Positions 1 to 11,523 are shown, numbered from the stretch's first letter. The stretch is DNA of 64,000 nucleotides from an uncultured bacterium (GCA_964607485.1 CAZSKP010000004.1:125509-189508), one strand, 5' to 3'. A program made the numbers and translations. The notes: generated from the letters alone by a model not told the origin.

Positions 1-2
1 TC

Positions 3-2042
3 GCCCTTACCGGCAATATCGCAAATTGTGGTCTTGTGGAAGTGCCGATGGGGACCTCGCTTCGTAAGATTATTTATGACATCGGCGGTGGAATTCCCGG
101 CGGCAGGGCATTTAAAGCCGTCCAGACCGGAGGCCCTTCAGGAGGCTGTCTGCCGTCGAGCTTCCTGGATCATCCCGTTGACTACGAGTCCCTTGCCAGC
201 GCGGGCTCAATCATGGGTTCCGGCGGCATGGTCGTTATGGACGAGAACACATGTATCGTGGATATCGCTCGATACTTCGTTGACTTCACGCAAAGGGAAT
301 CCTGCGGCAAATGCATGCCGTGCCGCCTTGGCACAAAACAGATGTTGGAAATCCTTGAGGACATAACACGAGGCAAGGGAAGGCCCGGAGATATCGACCT
401 GCTCGTTGACATAGGCGAAGCGGTCAAATCGGGTTCGCTTTGCGGTTTGGGGCAGACTGCCCCGAATCCGGTGCTCAGCACGATTCGGTATTTCAGGGAA
501 GAATACGAAGCCCATGTTAAGTACAAGAGATGTTCGGCAGCCGCGTGCAAGGAGATAATATCTTCCCCTTGCCAACATGCCTGTCCGATAAGCACGCAGG
601 CAGCGACCTATATTTCCATGATTGCTGAAAGCCGCTTCGACGAGGCGATGGACATAATTTGGATGGACAATCCACTCCCGTCGGTCTGCGGCAGGGTATG
701 TCATCATCCATGCGAGTTGAAATGCCAAGCGGGCAAATGGGGCGACCCCATCTCGATCAGGGCGCTCAAGAGATTTGTTACCGATTATGCAATCAGCAAT
801 GGAACCTACTCCGTCGAAGAAAGAACACCGACGAAAACCGAAAAGGTGGCGATTGTCGGTGCCGGGCCGGCAGGTTTGGCGGCGGGTCACTCCCTCGCCC
901 AGAAGGGATATAATGTTACTGTGTTCGAAGCCCTCCCGGTCGCCGGTGGCGCCGCAGCCGTGTACATACCGGAATACAGATTGCCGAAAGACATCCTCAA
1001 TCTTGACATCGAGAATATCAAGAAGACAGGCGTGGAAATAAGAACAAATACCAGAGTGGGAAAAGATATATCCTTCGACCAGCTTCGGGATGATTATAAT
1101 GCAGTGTTTATCGCTGCGGGAGCACACGAGTCACGAAAGTTGGGCGTTCCAAACGAAGACGCCGATGGCGTATTGGATGCCATGGAATTCCTGAAAGCCG
1201 TGAATCTCAAGAAGGGCGTCAAAGTAGGAAAACGGGTCGGCGTCATTGGTGGAGGCAACGCCGCGGTTGATGCCGCCAGGGTGGCGATGCGGCTCGAAGG
1301 GTGTGAGAAGGTTCACCTGATCTACAGGAGAACGCGGAACGAGATGCCCGCGTTCAAGGAGGAGGTGGACGCGGCGATTGACGAGGGCATTGACATCGTC
1401 TATCTCGCCGCTCCCTCCAAGATCGTGACACAGCAAGGGCGAATCACAGGAATCGAATGCATAAGGATGGAGCTGGGACCGCGTGACGAAAGCGGCAGGA
1501 GAAGACCTGTTCCTATCAAGGGATCGGAATTCGTCGTCGAGCTGGACACACTCCTCGTTGCGATCGGTGAAGTGCCCGATGTCTCATTTCTTGGTGAGAT
1601 GTGCGGCGTCGAAGTGTCAAAGAGAAACACGATCGCGGTAAATCGCGAAACACTCGCGACTAATGTAGAAGGGGTCTTCGCGGGAGGCGACATCGTGACC
1701 GGTCCGAATACGCTCATAGAGGCTGTCGCAGCCGGCAAGAGGGCGGCGGAATCCATCGACAGATACATTCGTGGCGAGAGCCTGGTGGGGGAATACAACG
1801 TCACACGACCTTCAACGTACTTGCCTCCGGTCGAACTGACGGAGGAAGAGATTGCAGAGGCTGAAAGAGCGGCCACTCCGCATCTCTCTATCGAACGCAG
1901 ACAAAGGAGTTTTGATGAGGTCGAACTCACACTCTCCGAAAAGGCGGCAATAAAAGAGGCAAGGCGCTGCCTCAGGTGCGATTTGGAGACTGAAGACGCC
2001 AAGGAATGGCTTGAACAAGCTGCGTCGATGAAGGGTGCTTAA
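3..2042 (+). CDS. NuoF/HydB-like NADH-binding subunit fused to a GltD-like FAD/NAD(P)-dependent oxidoreductase (5'-truncated by the window edge)
   Basis: Frame open from position 3 ([17 protein letters not shown]). NuoF motifs GGPSGG and [12 protein letters not shown]...LCGLG; GltD motifs [38 protein letters not shown] and C-terminal EARRCLRC. Confidence 0.9.
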   Translation, partial: ALTGNIANCGLVEVPMGTSLRKIIYDIGGGIPGGRAFKAVQTGGPSGGCLPSSFLDHPVDYESLASAGSIMGSGGMVVMDENTCIVDIARYFVDFTQRESCGKCMPCRLGTKQMLEILEDITRGKGRPGDIDLLVDIGEAVKSGSLCGLGQTAPNPVLSTIRYFREEYEAHVKYKRCSAAACKEIISSPCQHACPISTQAATYISMIAESRFDEAMDIIWMDNPLPSVCGRVCHHPCELKCQAGKWGDPISIRALKRFVTDYAISNGTYSVEERTPTKTEKVAIVGAGPAGLAAGHSLAQKGYNVTVFEALPVAGGAAAVYIPEYRLPKDILNLDIENIKKTGVEIRTNTRVGKDISFDQLRDDYNAVFIAAGAHESRKLGVPNEDADGVLDAMEFLKAVNLKKGVKVGKRVGVIGGGNAAVDAARVAMRLEGCEKVHLIYRRTRNEMPAFKEEVDAAIDEGIDIVYLAAPSKIVTQQGRITGIECIRMELGPRDESGRRRPVPIKGSEFVVELDTLLVAIGEVPDVSFLGEMCGVEVSKRNTIAVNRETLATNVEGVFAGGDIVTGPNTLIEAVAAGKRAAESIDRYIRGESLVGEYNVTRPSTYLPPVELTEEEIAEAERAATPHLSIERRQRSFDEVELTLSEKAAIKEARRCLRCDLETEDAKEWLEQAASMKGA

Positions 2043-2157
2043 ATGAGGAAAACCTCCTGTCATTTTTGGATGATCTGGAGATAATTAAGGCCGCCATTTC
2101 TGGGGCCGGTATTTCGTTCAATGCTGCGCATCTTCCATGACTTAAGGAGAAAGAAGC

Positions 2158-5106
2158 GTGAAAAAGGTTACGCTCACAATTGACGGACGCAAAATTGCAG
2201 TGCCTGCGGGGTCCACCGTGCTGGATGCGATCCGGGCGGCGGGTCTCTATGTGCCCACCCTTTGCCACGATTCTGAACTGAAACCATACGGAGCATGCCG
2301 TTTGTGCATCGTTCAGATAGAAGGCTTGCGAGGGCTGCCTACATCTTGCACCACCCCTGCCACAGAAGGCATGGTCGTGCACACGGAAAGCGAGCAGATT
2401 CGCAACGTTCGCAGAACCGTTGTGGAATTGGCAATCGCGAATCATCCGTACGATTGTCTCCTCTGCAGCCAGAACCAGGAATGCGAGCTCCTGAGCGTGG
2501 CCCGATACGTTGGTGTCGAGAAGGGGGCGCTGGAGCGGATGCGGAGAGGCGCGCTGGACAGGGCCATCGACACATCCAACCCCGCCTTCGATTTCGACCC
2601 GAACAAGTGCATCCTCTGCGGAAGATGTGTGAGGATATGCCAAGAACTCACCGGAGTGGGCGCAATAGACTTCGCCTATCGCGGGAACAAGACCGTCGTC
2701 ACCACGTTTGGCGCAAGACCGTTGGCGTTGTCCCGATGTCAGAACTGCGGCGAATGCATGGAGCATTGTCCAACGGGAGCCCTGTCGCCGAAGCTCGCGG
2801 TCGCTCCTCAGCGTGAGGTCGAGACCACCTGCCCATACTGCGGCGTCGGCTGCTCCATGTATCTCGGGGTGCGCGGGCGCGAAATCGTTCGCGTCAGAGG
2901 GGCGAAGGAAAACAGCGTAAACCCGGAAGGTCTCTGCGTGAAAGGGCGGTTCGGACTCGATTTTGTCAATCATCCCGACCGCTTGACCCGGCCTCTGATT
3001 CGGAAAGAAGGTGCGCCCAAGGGTGATGGGCAAGTCGATCCGATGGAAGCGTTTCGCGAGGCCAGTTGGGATGAGGCGCTGGACCTCGTGGCCGAAAAAC
3101 TTGGCCGCATCCGTGACGAGCACGGTCCTGACGCCATCGGGGTGATCAGTTCCGCCAAGTGCACGAACGAAGAGAACTACGTCATTCAGAAATTCGCCAG
3201 GGCCGTCATCGGAACGAATAACGTCGACCACTGCGCCAGGTTGTGCCACGCCTCCACCGTGACGGCCGCGCTCGCGTCGTTCGGCTCCGGCGCCATGAGC
3301 AACTCGATTTCGGATATCGACCATGCCGACATGTTGTTTGTCATCGGGTCGAACACGACGGAATGCCATCCCATCATCGGAAGGCGTATCAAACGGGCCG
3401 TCCGTTTTAACGGGGCCAAATTGTTAGTTGCCGACCCGCGCATCACCGAACTGGGCGAGATGGCCGACGTGCGCATGAACCATTTTCCCGGTACCGATGT
3501 CGCTCTGATGAACGGCATGATGCGTCAGATCGTCGATGAGGGAATGCACGACAAGAAGTTCATCGATGAGCGGTGCGAGGATTTCGAGCCGTTCCTCGAA
3601 TCGTTGCAGCAGTATCCCGTCGATTATGTGAAAGATATTACCGGCGTTCCGGCCGAAAAGATACGCAAAGCCGCGCGTTTGTTCGGCAAGGCAAAGAGAG
3701 CCATCGTCTTCTACGGCATGGGCATCACGCAGCACACCACGGGAACCGACAACGTAAAGGCCGTCGCCAATCTGCTCATGTTGACCGGAAACATGGGTCG
3801 CAGGGGCACGGGCTTCTCGCCGTTGCGCGGTCAGAACAACGTGCAGGGGGCCTGCGACCTGGGGGCGCTCCCGAATGTCTTTTCCGGCTATCAGGTCGTC
3901 ACCAGCCCGGAGGTGAGGGCCAAGTTCGAAAAAGCCTGGGGAACGAGCTTGTCGGATCGACCCGGCCTCACCCTCACGGAGATGTTCGGCGCGACACATG
4001 AGGGCCGGCTCAAGGCAATGTACATCATGGGCGAGAATCCCACCATGAGCGAGCCCGACGCGAATCATGCCCGGGCCGCCCTCGCGGAACTCGATTTCCT
4101 TGTCGTTCAGGACCTCTTCCTGACGGGGACGGCCGAATACGCCGACGTGGTGTTGCCTGCGACAAGCTTTGCCGAAAAGGACGGAACCTTCACCAACACG
4201 GAGCGAAGGGTGCAGATGGTTCGCAAGGCCATCGACCCGCCCGGCGAGGCGCGCGTGGACTGGGAGATCACCGCCGACATCTCAAGGAGGATGGGATATC
4301 CCATGGAGTACGCCTCCAGCGCCGAGATAATGGATGAGATCGCCGAGTTGACTCCCATCTATGGAGGTATCCATCACGATCGACTGCAGAAGGGCGGATT
4401 GCAGTGGCCGTGCCTGAATCGCAAACACAAAGGCACGCTGTTCCTTCACAAAGGCCGATTCTCCCGAGGGCGTGGAAAATTTCACGTGCTGCACGATAAA
4501 CCGCCGGCCGAACTGCCGTCGCGCCTTTATCCGCTCGTTCTCACGACCGGCAGGATTCTTGAGCATTGGCACACGGGCAGCATGAGCCACAGGTCGCACG
4601 TCCTCGAGACGTTGCAGCCCGAGAGCAGCGTCGAACTGAGCCCGACAGACGCCGAGCGACTCGGCATCGAAGAGGGCGACATGGTTTCGGTGCGCTCGCG
4701 GCGCGGCCAGGTTCACACGAAGGCCAAGAAAACTCCTCGCGTGCGACCCGGCCAGGCCTTCATGGCCTTCCACTGGCTCGATGCTCCGGCGAATCTTCTG
4801 ACGAACCCGGCTCTGGACCCTGTGGCCAAAATCCCCGAGTACAAGGTATCCTCCGTGCGGGCCATTCTTGACGTGCTCGAACGCGCGGCCGAGGACAACG
4901 CGTTCATCGCCGCCCTTGCCGAGAACCCCGCCGGCGCACTGAGCTCCTACGACCTCACGCCTGAACACCGCGAGGCCCTGCTCAACGCGGATTTCAATGC
5001 GCTCGAAGAGTGGATAGGCCCGCTCGACGACCGTCTCAAGATTTGGCTGAAGCACCGGCTCAAGCAGGAGAAACTGTCGGAGGCATCTGAGACACCCCGC
5101 AAGTGA
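2158..5106 (+). CDS. fdhF: Formate dehydrogenase alpha subunit (N-terminal 2Fe-2S/4Fe-4S domains, Mo/W-bis-PGD domain), Cys-type, with an extra C-terminal helical domain
   Basis: PTLC..GACRLC, KCILCGRCVRIC, TTCPYCGVGC, NNVDHCARLCH (TGC codon), PLRGQNNVQG, EKDGTFTNTER, KIPEYK; RBS AAGGAG upstream of GTG. Confidence 0.93.
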   Translation: MKKVTLTIDGRKIAVPAGSTVLDAIRAAGLYVPTLCHDSELKPYGACRLCIVQIEGLRGLPTSCTTPATEGMVVHTESEQIRNVRRTVVELAIANHPYDCLLCSQNQECELLSVARYVGVEKGALERMRRGALDRAIDTSNPAFDFDPNKCILCGRCVRICQELTGVGAIDFAYRGNKTVVTTFGARPLALSRCQNCGECMEHCPTGALSPKLAVAPQREVETTCPYCGVGCSMYLGVRGREIVRVRGAKENSVNPEGLCVKGRFGLDFVNHPDRLTRPLIRKEGAPKGDGQVDPMEAFREASWDEALDLVAEKLGRIRDEHGPDAIGVISSAKCTNEENYVIQKFARAVIGTNNVDHCARLCHASTVTAALASFGSGAMSNSISDIDHADMLFVIGSNTTECHPIIGRRIKRAVRFNGAKLLVADPRITELGEMADVRMNHFPGTDVALMNGMMRQIVDEGMHDKKFIDERCEDFEPFLESLQQYPVDYVKDITGVPAEKIRKAARLFGKAKRAIVFYGMGITQHTTGTDNVKAVANLLMLTGNMGRRGTGFSPLRGQNNVQGACDLGALPNVFSGYQVVTSPEVRAKFEKAWGTSLSDRPGLTLTEMFGATHEGRLKAMYIMGENPTMSEPDANHARAALAELDFLVVQDLFLTGTAEYADVVLPATSFAEKDGTFTNTERRVQMVRKAIDPPGEARVDWEITADISRRMGYPMEYASSAEIMDEIAELTPIYGGIHHDRLQKGGLQWPCLNRKHKGTLFLHKGRFSRGRGKFHVLHDKPPAELPSRLYPLVLTTGRILEHWHTGSMSHRSHVLETLQPESSVELSPTDAERLGIEEGDMVSVRSRRGQVHTKAKKTPRVRPGQAFMAFHWLDAPANLLTNPALDPVAKIPEYKVSSVRAILDVLERAAEDNAFIAALAENPAGALSSYDLTPEHREALLNADFNALEEWIGPLDDRLKIWLKHRLKQEKLSEASETPRK

Positions 5107-5143
5107 CGGGCTGAGCAGACTCCTCTCTTGACTTCTTTTGGTC

Positions 5144-5178
5144 AACGGGCATGACGACCGTCGTCATGCCCGTTTTCT
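5144..5178 (+). terminator. Putative intrinsic terminator after fdh
   Basis: Perfect 14-bp stem AACGGGCATGACGA-CCG-TCGTCATGCCCGTT followed by TTCT. Confidence 0.65.
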
Positions 5179-5230
5179 CATTCCATCTCCTCTCCCCATC
5201 GCCGCCATTGCAGAGCGACCGGCACTCAAC

Positions 5231-5333
5231 GGCGTGTTGCCCAAAACGTCCTGTCATTCCCGCGGAGCCTGTCCTCGACCCTGATCGGGGAGCGGGAAAC
5301 CAGCGTTGTCTCAGGAGCACTCGACAACAGGCC
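5231..5333. repeat. Degenerate MITE-like element (GGCGTGTTGCCCAAA...CAACAGGCC) enclosing a GTCATTCCCG-type half palindrome
   Basis: Same left end as at 58472 and 41187; internal GTCATTCCCGCGGAG...GCGGGAA. Confidence 0.5.
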
Positions 5334-5427
5334 ACTAAGAATGGCACACCCCGCCCCTTAAGGCACGAAGGGACACCCTTGGGAAAGGTTAGAAATAGCC
5401 AACTACTATTCGGAGCAGCAAATAGTT

Positions 5428-5510
5428 GTCATTCTGAGCGCAGCGAAGAATCTCGAAGAATACAGTAGCTTTGGGCTAAACATGAGATCCTTCACTTCGT
5501 TCAGGATGAC
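5428..5510. repeat. GTCATTCTGAG-family palindromic repeat
   Basis: GTCATTCTGAGCGCAGCGAAGAATCTC...GAGATCCTTCACTTCGTTCAGGATGAC; second copy at 58503-58608. Confidence 0.8.
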
Positions 5511-5759
5511 AAGCATGTGACGTATTTCATGCACCTTGTAGTAATTCAGGAAATTAACAACGCTGGCGAACTCTGCCATCTTCTTCATCTTCAACATTCC
5601 TGCAAAAAATGCTATAATGCCGGGAAAACAGAAGGGACTGTGAAACTCCATGTGCGTATAGAGAAAGACATGGAAGGGGCTTCCCATTATTCAACCCGTT
5701 GAGCTTTAACGAATCATAGAAGGAAGCGTCTTAATAAATGTCAAACTGGCAGGGAGGAA

Positions 5760-6014
5760 TTGGCAATGGCAGTTTTGTTCATAGTAATAATTGGTACCTC
5801 TATTTTCTGTTTTTATCAAGGATATATTGGCACGGGCATAATCTGCCTCATCGGTTTTTCCAAAACGATCGGCTTTTTGGCACTCATATACACTTCAATC
5901 TATCTATTTTTCAAGGGCCACTATGTGATGGGATTTGCACCAATCGGGTTGATCGCATGGAATATTATTGGGATGTATTGGACCGAGAGGGATCGACATC
6001 GAGCAGAAGAGTGA
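5760..6014 (+). CDS. Small hydrophobic membrane protein
   Basis: RBS GGAGG before TTG/ATG; 84 aa almost entirely hydrophobic; AT-rich. Confidence 0.6.
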   Translation: MAMAVLFIVIIGTSIFCFYQGYIGTGIICLIGFSKTIGFLALIYTSIYLFFKGHYVMGFAPIGLIAWNIIGMYWTERDRHRAEE

Positions 6015-6282
6015 CCCAGCAAAGAGAGAATAGGGTCTCCCGCACAATCGCCGACCTCGCCGAGTCCGAAACTGTTCGTGCCAGGCGAATCTCCGGGGAG
6101 ACTTAGTACCGGAGGTCTGATAAGGGGCGTTGGAGGTGAGGAGAAGAGGCGTCGTCTTGGCCTGAATAGAAGTTTTGTGTACAGAATAGTAGGAAGGTTC
6201 AAGAGAGGAAAGAAAGGAATAAATGGTTCAATAAGAAGCCCGAAGCTCTCGAATTAGGAACGAATCAATGGAGGCGGTTTAA

Positions 6283-7044
6283 ATGGAGACGCCAAATCCG
6301 GCCAAGCGAATGAAGATATACTCCAGAATCAAAGGGAAATGGAGAGAACTTGTTGCGGCCGTTGCTGTCATATTATTTATCATCACTTCTGTTCTTACAG
6401 ACAACAAGTCTGGTGTTGTGGTTAGCTTCTTGATCTTGATTTCAATCCTCTATCTCGACCGAATCAAAGGAATTATAATCGAGATGAGGATAAGAAGAAT
6501 ATTTGGTATTGAACTGGCTGAAGAAGTCTTCAAGGAGGAACTGCGCCGTGAGGCACTCAAGAGGAAACCAGATCTCGACGAGGAAGATGTTGATATGATT
6601 GCCGACTTGGCGCTCAACCGTATTGAGGGTCCCTACCGTAAAGCAAAGTTGTTTGAAGATATCGTCCAACTTGCACTGAACGATCTGAATCTGACATTTC
6701 AAAGAGGGGTAACCTATCCTTCTCTTGCCAGCCACCCTCAGATTGATTTTTTAGTTGAGTTAGGTCAAGAACGCCTTGTTGGCATAGCAGTCGCATACAG
6801 TGATCTGATGTATCTTACTGACGACCATCTTTTTCGAGCAATTAAGATGTCAAACGCATTATCTGAGCACTTCAATCTTGCTGGCTTCTTGCTGATAACA
6901 AATGCCGCAGTTGGAGAAAGAGACAAGACAACTTTGAACGAGCAAGAGCCAAGAATTGATGTCATCGAGAGTGTAATATCTCCTGATGGCGTCACGTCAA
7001 GATTGTCGTCCTATTTCCAACAAATTGCCGAAAGAATAAACTGA
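6283..7044 (+). CDS. Membrane-anchored protein with a C-terminal restriction-endonuclease-like (PD-(D/E)XK) fold, apparently lacking catalytic residues
   Basis: RBS GGAGG; two N-terminal TM segments; FEDIV...QIDFLV...VGIAVAY...GFLLITN pattern. Confidence 0.55.
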   Translation: METPNPAKRMKIYSRIKGKWRELVAAVAVILFIITSVLTDNKSGVVVSFLILISILYLDRIKGIIIEMRIRRIFGIELAEEVFKEELRREALKRKPDLDEEDVDMIADLALNRIEGPYRKAKLFEDIVQLALNDLNLTFQRGVTYPSLASHPQIDFLVELGQERLVGIAVAYSDLMYLTDDHLFRAIKMSNALSEHFNLAGFLLITNAAVGERDKTTLNEQEPRIDVIESVISPDGVTSRLSSYFQQIAERIN

Positions 7045-7077
7045 TAGCAAATCATTCACCCCGCGGACGGTGTCACT

Positions 7078-7665
7078 ATGCGGATAGAGACGCTAAAAGA
7101 CTACATTCTCTTCTGGTTGAATTCCGCAAGGACCCTAGGCAAAGTGAGAAGAACATCCGAGCTTTTGACTTGGGTCTTCGGTTTGTGTGTCGCAATTATA
7201 GCTTTTCTTGGCTCAAATTTCGTGACGGCGGTGTTGGGGATTTGCGCAACAATCTCAGCTTTGCTTACGATTGTGGCTAACAAGCAGCTGGACAATCTAA
7301 ATGCTCCCCGTACCATAGATACCAACCGGAAACAACTGATACTCGATGCACTCGCCAACATAGCACCGTGTCGAGTAATAATATCGGCTGCGATCGGCGA
7401 TTGTGAGGCCATCAATCTTGCAGAGGAACTGGCGAAGGTCTTCAAAGATACAGGATGGCAGGTGGAAGGGCCCGACTATTCTCCTCTGTCGTCTGATGAC
7501 CAAGGCATTATACTTCGCGCACATGACCAACATTCGGCTCACAAAGAAGTCTCGGCTCTAAAGGAGGCCTTGGCTACTTGCGGCTTCGAAGTAAGAATGG
7601 AGTTCGATGAGCGCATACCGAACAAAGCAATTGACCTGCTGATAGGCTATAAAGGCTTTCGATGA
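7078..7665 (+). CDS. Hypothetical protein, two TM helices plus a soluble domain
   Basis: 195-aa ORF directly downstream of 6283-7044; hydrophobic hairpin at about aa 28-66. Confidence 0.6.
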   Translation: MRIETLKDYILFWLNSARTLGKVRRTSELLTWVFGLCVAIIAFLGSNFVTAVLGICATISALLTIVANKQLDNLNAPRTIDTNRKQLILDALANIAPCRVIISAAIGDCEAINLAEELAKVFKDTGWQVEGPDYSPLSSDDQGIILRAHDQHSAHKEVSALKEALATCGFEVRMEFDERIPNKAIDLLIGYKGFR

Positions 7666-7683
7666 AAGCTAACCTCGTTAGAA

Positions 7684-7914
7684 ATGATGACGGCTTACGA
7701 GGCCAAAGCGTTGCTCAAGTTGGCCATCTTTAAGCTCGGTTTCTCGGACCGCGCATATGAGTGTGTCCTCAGAATTGACCACACCACTGCAGACTTTTCC
7801 GAATACATCTTCAGGGGCGATTCAGTTTCGGAGTTTTCATGGGAAATTGTGATAGCAGAAGAGAAGTTGGGGACAGAGGTCGGACAATCCGGGCTGCGAT
7901 ATTTGATTACCTAG
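7684..7914 (+). CDS. Hypothetical protein (uncertain)
   Basis: 76-aa ORF filling the gap before the thiolase; no motif recognised. Confidence 0.3.
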   Translation: MMTAYEAKALLKLAIFKLGFSDRAYECVLRIDHTTADFSEYIFRGDSVSEFSWEIVIAEEKLGTEVGQSGLRYLIT

Positions 7915-7930
7915 AAGGAGGTAATTCGAA

Positions 7931-9196
7931 ATGCAGAAAGTCATCATAGCCGGCGGCGTGCGCACACCCATCGGGAGCTTCGGCGGCTCGTTGCGCGACG
8001 TGCCCGTGCACAAACTCGGAGCCCTGGCCCTCGCCGAGGCGGCGAAACGGGCTTCCATCGACCCCGCTCAGGTGGACGACGTCATCGTGGCGCAGTCGTA
8101 TCAGAACGGCGAATGCGCCAACGCCGCGCGAATGGCCGTGCTCGAGGCGGGCTGGCCCGACCACGTTCCGGGAGTGACGCTTGACCGCCGCTGCTGCTCG
8201 GGGCTGGACGCCATCTTCTTCGGCGTCATGAAAATCCAGACGGGCAACGCCGACATCGTCGTCGCCGCAGGCATGGAAAGCATGAGTCAGGCGGAGCTGT
8301 ACATTCCGGGCGAAATCCGCTGGGGGCTGGGCGGAAGGGTGGACAAGAAGTTGGGCTTCATGCCGAGGGGACACGGCGCGCTCTCGATGTGGGGGATACC
8401 GCTGTACGACAGGATTCAGCGCGCGCGGGTCATGTCGCAGCCCATCGAACGCTACGGCGAGCTGAACTCGATGATGGCCTGGGCCGAGGAGGCCGCCAGG
8501 AAGGAGAACATCTCGCGCCGCGAGGCCGACGAGTGGGCGGTGCGAAGCCATCAGAAGGCCATCGCCGCCATCGACTCGGGCAAGTTCAAGGAGGAGATCG
8601 TCCCCGTCCCGATTCCCCAGCGGAAGGGAGAGCCGAAGCTTTTCGACACCGACGAGCCGCCGCGGCGGGATACGCAGCTCGAAAAACTGGCGAAGTTGCG
8701 CACCGTCTATCCCGACGGAATATGCACCGCCGGCAATTCATCCACCGAGAACGACGGCGCGGCAGCCGTCGTGCTGATGTCCGAGAGCAAGGCCAAAGAG
8801 CTCAACGTCGCGCCGCTCGTTTACTTCGACTCCTGCGCCGTCGCCGCCACCGACCCCACGCTCACCTATCCGGCCGTGCCCGCTTCCGTCAACAAGGCGC
8901 TGGAAAAGGCCGGCCTCGCCATAGACCAGATCGACCTGATAGAGATTCAGGAGGCGTTCGCCGTGCAGGCGCTCGCCGACGCGAGGCTGATGGGAATCAA
9001 GCCGGAAGATTTCGACAAGACGATCAACGTGAACGGCTCGGGCATCTCGCTCGGGCATCCCATCGGCGCCACCGGCGTCATGCGACTGGTTACACTCATT
9101 CACGAGATGCGGCGGCGCGGCAGCCGCTACGGACTCGAAACCATCTGCGGAGGCGGCGGCCTCGGCATCTCCGCCATCGTCGAAGCCGGAAAATAG
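7931..9196 (+). CDS. Acetyl-CoA acyltransferase (thiolase)
   Basis: [56 protein letters not shown]. Confidence 0.95.
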   Translation: MQKVIIAGGVRTPIGSFGGSLRDVPVHKLGALALAEAAKRASIDPAQVDDVIVAQSYQNGECANAARMAVLEAGWPDHVPGVTLDRRCCSGLDAIFFGVMKIQTGNADIVVAAGMESMSQAELYIPGEIRWGLGGRVDKKLGFMPRGHGALSMWGIPLYDRIQRARVMSQPIERYGELNSMMAWAEEAARKENISRREADEWAVRSHQKAIAAIDSGKFKEEIVPVPIPQRKGEPKLFDTDEPPRRDTQLEKLAKLRTVYPDGICTAGNSSTENDGAAAVVLMSESKAKELNVAPLVYFDSCAVAATDPTLTYPAVPASVNKALEKAGLAIDQIDLIEIQEAFAVQALADARLMGIKPEDFDKTINVNGSGISLGHPIGATGVMRLVTLIHEMRRRGSRYGLETICGGGGLGISAIVEAGK

Positions 9197-9234
9197 GACT
9201 GGGGCAGGGCAAGGCATCGCTCAAACTATTCGGT

Positions 9235-9277
9235 GTCATTGCGAGGGAGGGTCACAGACTCGACCGAAGCAATCCCG
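9235..9277. repeat. Half copy of the GTCATTGCGAG palindromic repeat
   Basis: GTCATTGCGAGGGAGGGTCACAGACTCGACCGAAGCAATCCCG, near-identical to the left arms at 22219 and 41211. Confidence 0.85.
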
Positions 9278-9287
9278 CTGATAAATA

Positions 9288-9530
9288 GGGACAGACCCCG
9301 TTTTTCGAAGAGGGTACAAATACGACGCGTTCGGGAACATCATCTCGGAGACGGGGCAGGCGTTTAACCGACGGTTCACCTACACCTCTCGCGAGCGCCA
9401 CGTCCGCAGTGGGCTGTATTACTACCGCGGCCGCTTCTATGTTACTCTGGGGACAGTCCCGAATCTATGCGGCACAAGACGGCCGCCGTAATTCTTGGGA
9501 CAGTCCCCGTCGCAACTTTCGGACAGCCCT
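9288..9530. repeat. Cluster of GGGACAGTCCC mini-palindromes
   Basis: Copies at 9288 (GGGACAGACCC), 9450, 9497 and a degenerate one at 9521. Confidence 0.6.
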
Positions 9531-11523
9531 ATTCCAGCCGGCCCCACACCGACCAATTCCAGTCGATGGATGCACCTTCCGGATTGGATAATTCCACCCG
9601 CCTTGAGAATGTTCTGCTGTGAGGTGACAGCGCGTCACCCTTGAGGGCGGACCCGAAATCGATATACAGCTTTCCGTCGCAGGTTGTGCCGTCGGGATTT
9701 TTCACCTGGACAGTCGAGGGGCTTATGTATTCGATGACGAGCCTGAGCGGCCCCGCTATCTGCTGGGACGACACGTTGTAGAGACGGATGTCGCAGTATG
9801 TGACACTTCGCTTTCGGTCGAAGCGCGGGCGCGAGTGGCGCAGTAGTGTCAGAGAAGTCACATCGTCGCCCATCGGCGCGCAGCCGTAAGCACTGGCCGT
9901 GCACGTGTCGGGCTCGCTCTCATATTCACCGTCACCGACGATGAGCTGGACGACGTAGTCGCCCTCCGCGTCGACCTCGAACGTGGGAGTTGCGGACGTC
10001 TCGTCGGACAGCAGGGCGGAGCTGTCGGCGGGTTTGCTCAACATGCTCCAGCGATGTGTCAGCGGGTCGCCCTCAGGGTCGCTGCTGCCGCCGGCATCGA
10101 GCTGCACGATGTCGCCCACCGCGACCTCCTGGTCGGGCCCGGCATCGGCGACGGGCGGAAGATTGTACGTGCTGATCGCGACCGAATCGGGCTGGCTCGG
10201 GCATTTCCCGTCACTGACGACCAACTCGGCCACGTATTCGCCTGGAAGGTCAACGGTGAACGTGGGCGTCGCTGCGGTGGGGTCGGACAAAGTCGCTGCA
10301 CTGCCGGCGGGCGTGCCGACGAGCGTCCACATGAACGTCAGCGCATCACCGTCGGCGTCGGTGCTGCCCCGTCCGTCGAGGCTCACGACATCGCCGACAT
10401 GAACCGTTTGGTCGGAGCCGGCTTTTGCGACCGGACACGAATTGACGGTGCTCACGGTGACCGTGTCGGGTTCGCTGTCGCAGGCGCCGTCGTTGACGAC
10501 GAGCTCGGCCATGTATTCGCCTGAAAGATCAACGGTGAACGTGGTCGTTACTGCGATAGGGTCGGAAAGCGCCGCCGCGCTGCCCTCTGGTTTGCTCGAG
10601 AGCGACCACACGTAGGTGAGCGCATCACCGTCCGGGTCGGTGCTTCCGCCGCCGGCAAGCGTCACGATGTCGCCGAGCGCGACTGTCTGATCCGGTCCCG
10701 CGTTTGCGGTCGGACAGCTATTGCAGAATTCGTCTATTTCGCCGTTGCAGTTGTTGTCGATGCCGTCGTCGCACAGCTCCACTGCGCCGGGGTTAATCGT
10801 CGCATCGGCGTCATCGCAGTCCGTATTGTCGAGCACGTATCCGCCGGGGGCCTCGCACGTTTGGAGGGATACTGACGGGTCGCCGTATCCGTCTCCGTCG
10901 GCGTCCCGGTAATAGAGCGACCCCTCGACCCCTTCATCTATTTGACCGTCGCAGTCGTTGTCCACTCCGTCACAGATTTCGACGGCGCCGGGATGAATCG
11001 CCGGATTGGAGTCGTCGCAGTCGTCTCCGCCGCATGAGATACTGTCGTGCATGTCGCCGTCCGCGTCGCAGTCACACGCGTCGCCGACTCCGTCACCGTC
11101 CGTGTCCGCCTGGTCCGGGTTGTAGGTGAGCCGGCAATTATCGATTTCATCAGGCACACCATCGCCGTCGGAATCCGGCGCCATCACAACAACCGCATCT
11201 GAAGGGGGGGAGAACTGGCTGAAGTTTCCACATGTATCGACCGCTCGCAATTCGTAATAGTACGTGTTGTTCAGGCTCACGCTATCATCGGTCAGAGACG
11301 TGCCGGTGACGATACCGCTGTGTATCTTGGCGTAGGGACCGTCAGAGGCGTTTCCCCGGTAAACCTCGTATCCCGCAACATCGGGTTCGGGATTGGCCGT
11401 CCATGACAAGTGAACGGGCGGCTTAGGAACGAGGACATCAGCCCAACTCAAGGAATGTAAGCCTGCCAAAAGGCACAGTGCAATCAAGAAAGACCAGATT
11501 CGACGGGGATTGAGGTTTCGCAT
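9529..11523 (-). CDS. Secreted/surface protein: FN3, TSP3 Ca-binding repeats, two DCDD-type putative metal-binding motifs, three PKD/K319-like repeats
   Basis: Signal peptide [64 protein letters not shown] twice; three PxAxAGxDQxV repeats. An alternative GTG start lies at 11556. Confidence 0.85.
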   Translation of the reverse strand: MRNLNPRRIWSFLIALCLLAGLHSLSWADVLVPKPPVHLSWTANPEPDVAGYEVYRGNASDGPYAKIHSGIVTGTSLTDDSVSLNNTYYYELRAVDTCGNFSQFSPPSDAVVVMAPDSDGDGVPDEIDNCRLTYNPDQADTDGDGVGDACDCDADGDMHDSISCGGDDCDDSNPAIHPGAVEICDGVDNDCDGQIDEGVEGSLYYRDADGDGYGDPSVSLQTCEAPGGYVLDNTDCDDADATINPGAVELCDDGIDNNCNGEIDEFCNSCPTANAGPDQTVALGDIVTLAGGGSTDPDGDALTYVWSLSSKPEGSAAALSDPIAVTTTFTVDLSGEYMAELVVNDGACDSEPDTVTVSTVNSCPVAKAGSDQTVHVGDVVSLDGRGSTDADGDALTFMWTLVGTPAGSAATLSDPTAATPTFTVDLPGEYVAELVVSDGKCPSQPDSVAISTYNLPPVADAGPDQEVAVGDIVQLDAGGSSDPEGDPLTHRWSMLSKPADSSALLSDETSATPTFEVDAEGDYVVQLIVGDGEYESEPDTCTASAYGCAPMGDDVTSLTLLRHSRPRFDRKRSVTYCDIRLYNVSSQQIAGPLRLVIEYISPSTVQVKNPDGTTCDGKLYIDFGSALKGDALSPHSRTFSRRVELSNPEGASIDWNWSVWGRLE

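Noticed and set aside
3229-3290. Selenocysteine in formate dehydrogenase alpha
   Set aside because: The active-site codon is TGC (HCARLCH) and no SECIS-like hairpin follows.
7667-7683. Integron attC site (CTAAC...GTTAG) in the AT-rich islet
   Set aside because: The cores are only 3 nt apart, there are no L boxes, it is not repeated after the other ORFs, and no integrase is present.
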